A DNA stretch of 64,000 nt from Azolla caroliniana (Eukaryota; Plantae; Polypodiophyta): NCBI GenBank assembly GCA_043228905.1, contig JBHGNT010000002.1, positions 12,462,001-12,526,000 on the forward strand, given 5' to 3'. Both the position numbers and the translations under genes were made by a program. Below, piece after piece: positions 49,181 to 59,861 of this stretch (its first letter is position 1; the number at the start of each line of letters is the position of its first letter). Under the pieces are notes generated by a model. The model did no database searches. It worked only from the letters and a program-made list of their open reading frames with translations, and was not told the DNA's origin.

Positions 49181-51232
49181 CCAGGTTCAAACTCATGATC
49201 TACAACAAGGGCATCTATTTTATTCGTGTGATAATAAAGAACTTGAATAGTACGAACTTTCTTTGGAGTGGATGTAGGGCTAACTGAACTAGGTGATTTT
49301 GCAATGCCAGAATTATTTGTGTGTTCTACATGTTTTGTTGAGCTACAAGCTCAACATTGGCCGGATTGGCTGTGCAAGCCGAGAACCGGACCGGTAAGGC
49401 CGGATCGGTACGGAAACCGGGAGGCCGTTGAACAGATATTCCGTGAGGGAATATATTCGGGGGTTAGTGTAGGAGCTCGGTTATGAGCATTGAAGTACGT
49501 GTCAGTACTTCTGTTAGTCCGTATGGACTTGTATAAAAGTGCCCTCTGAGCACATCCTATGTACAGAGTTTTACACATTATTTTGAATTTAGTTTTTTCT
49601 GTGTGTTTATTCCCTCTCTGTCTCTCCCACGTATGTTGTGTCTTAAGCTTTCCATTAAACTTGTTTTGCCCTGTCGATATTCTGTGTTTCGTATAGCTTC
49701 CGCATGTAACATTTCACATGGTATTGTGGCAAGAAAGGCTAGAAGGAGAACGAGTGATGGAAGAAGTGCGCCGATTCGGAGAAAACCGGAACCAGATCCG
49801 GACCGACTGAACAAGGAAATTGGCAGCAAACGCACTACATTGAAGGATCCGAAAAAGTCACAAAAGGGGGCAACTTTCGTGACAAGACATGAAGCGAACT
49901 CGATGAAGAAGACCACCCCGAAATCGGACAAAGTGTGGTACCTTGACTTCAGAGCTTCAAACCATATGACGAGCCATAAAGAGTGGTTCTCATATCTGGA
50001 AAAACCGGAACAACCTGGAGTAGTCGCAACAGGAGATGACACACAACATTCGATCGTACATTTGGTGGAGTTCCCCTCAGCCACGTTGTCGTGTGGTTTT
50101 TCACACACGATATGAAAACTAATAAAAAAATTATTTAAGATTAGCTTAATGTATTCATATGGAAAGATAGATGTCTTCAAGAGCTTCATAACGTATTTTA
50201 CTACGCATGAAACGGATAAACAAGTATCAAGTTATGTGAGTGTGAAGTTTGAAGAAAAGACAAAACTGTGAGATATCCCACATAGATAAGACAACATTGG
50301 GACCCAAGATATATAAGGGAAACCAAAACATATTCATTCTATCAATGTGTGGAGCATAGAATGTTCAAGGTGACTTCGGCTACATTGTGTGGTGTGCACA
50401 CTTCGGGCGTATGGGCGTATGCACGGTCGTGTGGATGCGTGCACGGCGTGGTCAGGATGCGTGTGGTCAAGACTTTTGCGCACGGACGCGTCTACGGTGT
50501 CGTGCCCTTCGGCTCCGGATCGTTGCGTGAGTCGGGTGGGAACTGCCGAGGTTTTTGACTAGGAGGAAGAGGAATACAACTTAAGGCTAGTTATGAATAG
50601 TGGAAAGAGAAGTAAGATAGCAATCTCGTGAATCTCACGAGTTTAGTGTAATTAAAACAATATTTAGATTATAAGAGCAATTAGATGGCAAAATTCGTGA
50701 ATCCCACGAATATATTAGATTGATCAAAAACTTGTATATTAATCAACAACCATATACATATTTCTCTCCTCATATAAAGATGGAAGAGGCTAAGCATGGC
50801 TTCATGCTTTTTCACCTAAAGTGTCCATGCACACTAAATGTGCATGTGATGCTTTGTCATTTCCTAAATATAGGGCTCATGCACGCGTAAATAAAATATT
50901 CACACTCTAGATGTGCATGAGTCACTTTTAATGTCACGCGTAAATAAAATATTCACACTCTAAAGAATACATGATTTTTACCTTTTAATAAAGGTATGTG
51001 TAAATAAAGGTCTTATACGTATTAAATCTATATTTATAACACTAAAGATAAATTATTACAATGGTAAAGTTGGGGTTTATCTACGTGGAGGTGCATGGTT
51101 TGAATCCTGCCCTATGCACGTGATAAATTCTTTTGATATATTATTTATTTATTTATATGTATCTAAAATCGGATATATTATTTTATGGTTTTCACGTAGT
51201 GTGTGGAATACACTACGACATTCGCCCCCTCC

Positions 51233-54200
51233 GAACCCGCACATCCTCCGGTATGTGCCGAAGTTCTCGATCCCCCATATCCGTCTTCACCCAAAGCTTC
51301 CTCCAATTCTCCCCTTATGTCGACTATGAGTTGTAATTCACTTTCTTCGCTTCCCGCATCACCGTGGTCTTCATCCGATTGCTCCTCGTTGTCGGCCTTG
51401 GCTTGGATCACATAGGGTTTGTCATCGGTCCGCTTCTTGAAAATCTTCACCCGCTTCCCGGCTATAGGCACTCGTAGTATTGTTCCATCCAACTCGGACA
51501 GTCGGTACGTTCCGTTGTCGAAGATTTTCCGAACCTCGTATGGCCCGAACCACCTTTTCGCGAATTTCCGCATCGTTGTATGTTGATGGTCCAAACTACT
51601 GTCATAGACGATCATCCAATCTCCTTCTTCAATCCTCCTCGGTCGTAGTCGGTGCTTTGTGTCGAACCGGCTTTTGTTCCTTAATCATGCTTCTTGTTGT
51701 CGGCGTATTGCTTCCGCTATGTCTACCGGTCTTCCCTCTAGTTGTCGTATCCGGACCGCTAGTAGTTCTTCCCGGCTCATCTCTTCCTTCCACGGTAGCA
51801 CTGTCCATGTTGCGATCGCGGTTTCCGTCAGCATTACCGGTGCTTGTCCGGTCATGAGTTCTGCCGGCATGTAACCGGTTATGGAACTATGCGTCGTCCG
51901 ATCCGCCCATAGTGCATACGCAAGCATCTGCGGCCAGTCCTTCACCTTTCCATCGCATGCCTTCGCAAGTGCTTTCACGATCAGACTATGTCCTCGTTCG
52001 ATTTTCCCGTTGGCCTCCGGATTGTATGCCGTTGTCAGCGATAACCGAACTCTGTGTTTAGCGAAGAATCCCCTAGCTTTGTCTGAGTCGAGTTCTCCCC
52101 GGTCCGCAATCACTTGTCCTACGCACCCGTACCTGCAAAATACTTCCTCCAAAAGAAATTGGCATATCGCGGAACACGTTTTCCTCTGAAGCGCTCGACC
52201 TTCTACTTGATTCGTGAGATCTTCCCGAGCTAATACCAAGTATTTCTTTTGTCCGATCCCGATCGGCATGGCCACTATGTCAACCATCCACTTGAAGTTG
52301 ATTGTCGGTGAGAATGTCGGATGTAACTCATCTCGATGTCGAACCCCGGAGTAGACTTGACATTTCTCGCAGCTTTCCGTGAACTCCGCGACATCTTTGT
52401 ACATTTTCTTCCACCAATATTTTTGCTTGATCTTCACAAATGTTGCCCATGTTCCTCGGTGTCCAGCCCAATCGGATTCGTGAAACTCGGACATTATCCG
52501 GTTTCATTGCTCTTTTGTCCCGACTACTCGAAGTTGTATACCATCCGGTCTTTTTGGCGCCCTCCATATTAATCCGTTTTCCAAGAAGAACTTTTGGACT
52601 TGTCTCTTCTTCCTTCGGATCTCGGCTCTTCTTCCTTGTAACATCTTCCCGATCATCAAGCTTTCTCCCTCGTATTCTTCTTCCCGGAATTCCCGGATTA
52701 CGTTTACTCGGCATATGTGCTCCGACGCGAAGTAGTCTTCGGAAACTTCTTCATTATCCGATTCGGTTATGTCGTCTCCGAACCGAGCCCTTGATAACAT
52801 ATCCGCTACCGCGTTGTCCTTCCCCGAGATGTGTCGAACCTCCGGATTAAGCGACTTGACATATGCAACCCACCTTAGCATAGCTACATCCGGTATCGTA
52901 CAACACCGCATCATCCCGAGTATCGGAAGACAATCCGTCTCGATCACCACTTCGGCTCCGATCAAATAATCCCGATCCAATTTTATCGCCGACACGACTC
53001 CCCACAGTTTTCTTTTGACTTGCGCATATCCACGTTGCCTTTCGTTGAGAACCTTTGCTCCGAATCGGATCGGATACTGCGAACCATCCGAGTCGGCTTG
53101 ATTGATGACCCACCCGATACCGGTTGGACTTGTATCAACCGTTACTATGATCGTCGGTCATAGCTCGGTTTCTTAAGTGCTTCCGCCCTCCGAAGTGTCT
53201 TCTTTAATTTCTTCATGGCTTTGGTGTGTTCCGGTTTCCATTCGAATTTCTTACCTTTCCGCAACAAGTGGTAGAGTGGATCCGCTATATGTGCATAGTG
53301 CGGAATCCATATGTGATAGAATGCACATGCACCGAGAAACCTTCGGACTTCGGATGTTGACTCGCATACTTCCTCCATAGCTTGAATCGCATCGATCTTT
53401 GTTGGTGACGGTCTTCGTCCGTAGGGCCCACATAGATGTCCGACCACCAATATTTCTTCTTGCCCAAATGCCGATTTCTCCCCGGAAAGTGTTAGGTGCA
53501 CATCTTCTAGCTTTCGCAACACTTTCTCGCAATCATGAATATGGTCGACCACGAACTTCCGGCATCCCCGATCATCCATAGTCTCATCTTTTTCTTCTAC
53601 CGCGCATCCTTTCATCGGAATGTCATCGAGGAACGGCATCGTTATCTCCGGAATGCAGTCTCGAAGCACCTTGTTCATCGCGTTCATCATATGAGCAACC
53701 GAGTTTGTCGCTCCTTGTGGTAGTGTGCACATTCGGACTAATCCTATCGGTGTTCGCATGGTTGTGATGTCTCGGCTCTCCACGGCTAGTTGGAATTGGT
53801 CATACCCCGAGTATAGGTCTCCGATGGAGTATATCGCACGACCGGCAAAAGCTTCCGCAAATTCGTCCACTATCGGACCGACTCCTGAGTTCCGGATCGT
53901 GACCTTACTCACCGGTTGCAAATCTTGGATAAATCGGAGTGACCCATTCTTCTTCGGAACCGTAAACCATCGATTTGAGTACAGAGCAGTTGATGGCTCT
54001 AGAATCCCCATCGCCACCTTCTCCTTGAGCAAGTCAATGACTTTCGGAATATGCGCTCGTGGCACCGGAATCGGCTTCAAGTTCCACGGTACATGGTCAA
54101 TCGTGAAGATCACCATCGGCTCCACTGTTCTCGGATCGACGCACCCTATCTCCCTTGATGTAAATGCAAACGCTTTGCCGTGTTGCTCCAACATCTCGCG

Positions 54201-54790
54201 AAACCGTTCTTCTTCTTTTTGTAATAGGAACCCACCTCCACCGATCCGAAGTTTCTTCCGAGTCTCATCCGTGAAGGCATGTCCGATATCCACGGTCTTC
54301 CGAAGTGTCGGATCTCCCGAGACTTCTTTCCTCTTTTGTTCGCTATCGGCGGGTAGTGGTCCCGCGGCCGGTTTCACCTTCTTCTCCATGGTCTTGTATT
54401 TCGTACTTACCATTGCTTCTTCTTTGCGGAGCGTATCCGGCTCCATTTTCGCAATGATCTCGTACATCTCGACCGATTCCACCGGGACTACCCGGTTCCC
54501 TTGGCTTTTATCTTCCGCAAGTTCTTCAAGTCGTTGTAGCGTGCTCCCATAGAACACTTCTTCGACTATCCCCACGATTTCTTCATCTTCTTTTATTATT
54601 GATGCCGACCGCAACTTATCCTCCACTTGTCGGTACCCTTTCTTCAATCCTCCTGTTACGGTCGTGTACGTAGATGCCCCATCCGGACCTATTCGTACAT
54701 GTTTTGCTCCGAGAGTTTTCTTCCTGTGTGGGGTATCAAGGCTTCTCGGACTATCACTTCCCCACTCCGCAACAGTCCGCTTTAAAAATC
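51233..54790 (-). pseudogene. Element H RT-RNase H-integrase (several frameshifts)
   Basis: DLYSGYDQ, LPQGATNS and PFLDD (RT); ETDCLP..VADMLSR (RNase H); H..GH..C..C, ADRGE, IERGH and WFGPY (integrase). Confidence 0.92.
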
Positions 54791-56823
54791 CATTCTCACT
54801 TGGGACAAGAGTTCCCTCTTGTTCCTTTCGTGATTTGCCGGCACCGTTAGGAATTGGACGGATTTCCCACCGGTTTGGCTCCGAATTCGTGCAAAAGCCG
54901 CACCGCAATCGAGCACCTTCGTCTCCATCCATGATGCCGTGATAAAGGGTTGGCCGAGGATGACGGAATGTGAAACCTCATCTTGCACGAAGAAATTTTG
55001 GTCGATCTCGACATCCCCGATCTTCACCGTCACATCCGGACAAGCCGCAAATAGATCTTCCGTTGCTTTGGTGGCCGCCCGAATCTTCCATCCATGGTTG
55101 GTGTTAATAGGCCACTTCCCCTTCCGGTAGAACTCCTTGGACATCAAGTTGATCTCCGATCCGTGATCAATCAATGCTAGCACGGGTTCTTTGATGTTGC
55201 CGATTCGGACCGGAGTCTCCGTAGTCGCGCGTGCCCAATGTGGCCTTGTATAGTGGGAGTTCGGAATTTCGTCCTCCACTTCGGTGTCGTTCATTAAAAC
55301 AGTGTTCGCATTCACCCTTGGAGCATTTTCCTCCGTACTTTGTCTTTTTCGCTTCACGAGATCCACGAGAAGATCGTGGAACTCCTTCTTCGCTATTCCG
55401 AGTAGCTCCCGAAGCGAGAAATCTACCCGGCTATCCAAGATTCTTTCCTCGAACACTCTTTTCAAGTCGGTTTGTTGTTCTATGTCCGAGGCGAGCTTGA
55501 ATGCCGGAGTCGCCTTTTCTTTTCCCTTACCTCCGGAGTTCCAGCTTTCCGGTATCTTTGATGGCCCGGCCGCATCCTCCGTGCGTCGTCGTTTCTCATC
55601 CACATACACCTTATGCAATTGACACAGGGCGTATACGTTATTCTTGTCGACAGGGCACTCCCATCCCGTAGCTTCCCGGACGCCTTCCGCGGTGCTTCGG
55701 ATCTCGTTAGAGTCGGTTTTCTCGGTGTTTTCTAGAACTTCCGGCCAAAAAGACGTCTTTGCTCTCGATGACTCCCCGACACATATTCCTGCGGTTGTCG
55801 CATAGTTGCTTCTTGCCGCCAATTCCTCCTCGAGCACCTTCTTCATGCCGCCTTTCCGGAAGTTCGGTCGGAGTGGCTTCCGAGAGTCCATCGAATGAAT
55901 CCGGTTTCCCTCGTAGTAGATGAGATCCCGCCGTAGCGCCTCCTTATGCTCGTCGCAATCCCTCCGATCGTGTTCGGCGCTATCGCACCATATGCACCGT
56001 CGGTCCGCATACTTGGAGCTTGTGGGGCGGTCATCCGACTTCTTCACCATCGCGATCTTCAGATTTTCCATCTCCTTCAATAGTTGCTCCACCGTAGATG
56101 CATCAATCGCCTTCTCGGTTGTAGTCTCTCGAGCCCTCAGTTGATGGTCTTCCAATCCGGTTCTCGGTTTCGGAATCGGTTCCGAAACCCTCTTTTCCTC
56201 GTCGGCAAGCCATTGCCCCCTCTTCGTGTATCGCGCGACGATATCCCGCATGCTTTCCCATGTTTCGGTGAGGCCGCTCTCCGTGGTCGTGTCCTCCAAG
56301 AGCACTCCGAAATCTTTCCGGTCCGGACGTCCACGGCTCGCAAGAACATGATCACCTTGTCCGGTACGAGGATAGCTTGATCTCTCGTAGACAACCTCCC
56401 GAACCGGCTTTCGAATGCTGAAAACACATCAACGACCTTCAATCCCTTGTCCGGCGTCTCCACCCAGTCTTCGAATCCCCTTCGCGTCGCCTTGGAGGAA
56501 TCCTCGATGGCGAACGCCCTCTTTAGCTCTACTTCAAACGCCTCCCATGTCGGATTTTGTTGTCGTAGCCCATGGATGCTTGCTTGAAGCCCGTCGGTCG
56601 CCACCCGGTTGAAGGACGTCACTTGCAGTCCTTCCGATATTCCGCACCGTAGCATCTCCGCCTTGTAATCCCGAAGATACCGCGACACGTCTTTCCCGTT
56701 GAATTGCCCGTTTTGTTGCACGAGCCGCTCCACTGATGCCGCTATCTCCGACATCGCGCGTTGTTCTTGTAGCATGCGCTCGAACATCATCATCATGTTG
56801 CTAGCCTCCGGTTGATTTTCCAT
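54782..56823 (-). CDS. Element H gag-protease (one frameshift at ~56320)
   Basis: FNGKDVSRYL gag; CIWCDSAEHDRRDC knuckle; DUF4100-like segment; LIDHGSEINLM protease. Confidence 0.88.
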
Positions 56824-56840
56824 CTCCTTGCCACCCGGTC

Positions 56841-56858
56841 TTCACGTCGGGTTCACCA
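56841..56858 (-). promoter_or_regulatory. Primer-binding site complementary to tRNA-Trp
   Basis: TGGTGAACCCGACGTGAA pairs with the plant cytosolic tRNA-Trp 3' end (..TTCACGTCGGGTTCACCA, recalled from memory). Confidence 0.85.
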
Positions 56859-58479
56859 ACTGTGTCGTGCCCTTCGGCTCCGGATCGTTGCGTGAGTCGG
56901 GTGGGAACCGCCGAGGTTTTTGACTAGGAGGAAGAGGAATACAACTTAAGGCTAGTTATGAATAGTGGAAAGAGAAGTAAGATAGCAATCTCGTGAATCT
57001 CACGAGTTTAGTGTAATTAAAACAATATTTAGATTATAAGAGCAATTAGATGGCAAAATTCGTGAATCCCACGAATATATTAGATTGATCAAAAACTTGT
57101 ATATTAATCAACAACCATATACATATTTCTCTCCTCCTTATATAAAGATGGAAGAGGCTAAGCATGGCTTCATGCTTTTTCACCTAAAGTGTCCATGCAC
57201 ACTAAATGTGCATGTGATGCTTTGTCATTTCCTAAATATAGGGCTCATGCACGCTAGATGTGCATGAGTCACTTTTAATGTCACGCGTAAATAAAATATT
57301 CACACTCTAAACAATACATGATTTTTACCTTTTAATAAAGGTATGTGTAAATAAAGGTCTTATACGTATTAAATCTATATTTATAACACTAAAGATAAAT
57401 TATTACAATGATAAAGTTGAGGTTTATCTACATGGAGGTGCATGGTTCGAATCCTGCCCTATGCACGTGATAAATTCTTTTGATATATTATTTATTTATT
57501 TATATGTATCTAAAATCGGATATATTATTTTATGGTTTTCACGTAGTGTGTGGAATACACTACGACAACGGTTTGGTTGCGACGCATGTACAGATTGCGC
57601 ATGGGCTAAACTTTATGGATGATTGGGTCAATTGCCCGAATTATACGAACGGTCGCATGCAACTAAATGCCAAGGCCATGCAACTAAAAGTAAAAGGCAT
57701 GCAACTAAAAATGGAAGCATGCAACTAAAAGTAGAGGCCATGCGCACGGACGCGTCTACGGTTTGGTTGCGACGCATGTACAAATTGCGCATGGGCTAAA
57801 CTTTATGGATGATTGGGTCAATTGACCAAATTATACGAACGGTCGCATGCAACTAAATGCCAAGGCCATGCAACTAAAAGTAAAAGGCATGCAACTAAAA
57901 ATGGAAGCATGCAACTAAAAGTAGAGGCCATGCAACTAAAAATATAGGCCATGCAACTAAAAGTGGACATGCAATGTAACATTGGGAAGGAGGATGAACA
58001 AAGAGCTCGATATATGTTCCATTTTTTTCCCTCTACTTTTTTTTTTCCCTTTCTTCTTCTCTCTCTCATTCCTTGGGGGAAGAAAATCTCTCTCATATTG
58101 ATATCAGACCACTCCTTACAAGGGTTGGCTCCTCCCTTTCAAGAATAATCTCTCATATTCATATTGGACCACTTCTTATATGGTTGTTGGCTCCTTTCTT
58201 TAAATTTTTTTTTCTCTATTTTTCATCTCCACCCCGTTGTAACAAGATTCTCGAATTATAAAAGAATCTATTTTCTTATGCAATAAAGGAACGTTTTCTC
58301 TCATCTACTCGTCTTATATGTGAATTTTGCTTGTGTTGTACGTGTTGCATTAAATCCTTCCAGTCCAGAACCCCGGCGGTTCCGCCTCGCGATCCGCACA
58401 TAGTGATGGATTTTCACGACATAATTAAGTGGTGAACCCGACGTGAAAGACGCGGTAGGGAGGATATCAAGTGCAAAGA

Positions 58480-59861
58480 TGTCTTCGACAAGCGAAACTC
58501 AAGGAGAAGAATTGATGAAAGGCATCGTGTCCGTCGTAGAAATCATGCTCAAGGCGAGAGATCGAGAGGCTTTTATCAACGAAGCTAGATACAAAGACTC
58601 GAAGAGATGCAGCCTATACGAGGTCGACCAATGGGTGTCATCGATGAAGACCCACTAGAGTGCCAGGCATGCTTTTGTTGAGTTTGAGTGTCGCTTTGCG
58701 CAACTCTCGGAGCGGGATCAAAGATTAGTGGGGGAAGATAAAGTCCTAATGTTCGTGAAATCGATCGATCGGAATGAAAGGAAGGCCATTGGAATCCAAC
58801 TCGAGGATGACGATGGTGCAAATGGCCTCATCGAGGATTGGGCCAAAGTGGAAAGGGTATGTCGACAACATGACGAGAGGAAGACGAGATTCTCGTCGAC
58901 AAGAACACGGCCCATGAGGGATGTTCAAAGGAGAACGAGATGTGGCAATACACCACCACCAAAGGAAGAAAGCTCGAAGAGGGAAGATTCGATACTGAAC
59001 ATAGAAGCCTTAATCAGAGAAGCAATAGAGAACTTAAAGGTGCAAGGTGATGCTGAAGAGAAGCTTCAAATGGAGCAAAAATTGAAGCAGATGGTGAGCG
59101 AGGAAGAAGAGGCCTCCCAACAAATGCGGATTAATGATATGGCCAATATGAAGGCCCAAGTTCGGTACGACAACACCACAGGAGAAGGTGTGGAACAAGA
59201 CGCCTTCTCGTCTTTCAAAGAAACAATGATGAAGAATGAAACCAATGAATCGAGGGTGGCGAATGCCACTTCAAGCGAGGACAAATGTTTCAGAACACGC
59301 ATCGTGTCTGAAACATCATGTGATGAAGGTGCAAGCATGAGCAAAGCTTGCATGATGAAGGGAGATAAAAAGTGTGAGGCCGACATGATTGAGGAGATAA
59401 CCACGAAAAATGACATCGTGTCTGAAACATCATGTGATGAAGGTGCAAGCATGAGCAAAGCTTGCATGATGAAGGGAGATAAAAAGTGTGAGGCCGACAT
59501 GATTGAGGAGATAACCACGAAAAATGACATCGAGTCAGAGGTGGCTATGGACAAGTCAATGGCGGATGGTCATGTCAAGACTTTTTCCACACTTGTTCCA
59601 GAGACTTGGGCAGATGCGTCGGAAAGCAAACGTGAGACCCAAGAGACGGAAGGTGGCGGCGAGGAAGTGAAGGCCGAAGCTAACACATGCAAAGAAGAGG
59701 GAGACGTCAAGATGAAGAGGGTAGACGACGATGATGAAGAGACTTTCCCCACAAAAGTTCTTGAGACTTGGGCATTAACCGATGTAAGACCCAAGAGACG
59801 GAAGGTGGTGGTGAAGAAGCAAAGATCAAAGCCAATGCGAACAACCATAAGGTGGAAGTGA
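58480..59861 (+). pseudogene. Element G gag-derived ORF with low-complexity repetitive C-terminus
   Basis: EDKVLMFVKSID..GIQLED..GLIEDW is homologous to H gag PDKVIMFLRAVD..LLED..GLTETW; ~114-bp exact tandem duplication near 59300-59535. Confidence 0.7.

Larger units (their letters stand above)
50498..57567 (-). mobile_element. Full-length Ty3/gypsy element H, tRNA-Trp primed
   Basis: LTRs 50498-51220 and 56863-57567 (TGTCGT..ACGACA); TSD ACGG at 50494-50497 and 57568-57571; PBS 56841-56858; PPT 51221-51232. Confidence 0.96.

Noticed and set aside
53725-54552. 275-aa plus-strand ORF and similar antisense ORFs over pol genes
   Set aside because: Shadow frames opposite RT and integrase coding sequence
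56841-56858. tRNA-Trp gene
   Set aside because: Only the 3' 18 nt are present, adjacent to an LTR, so it is a primer-binding site
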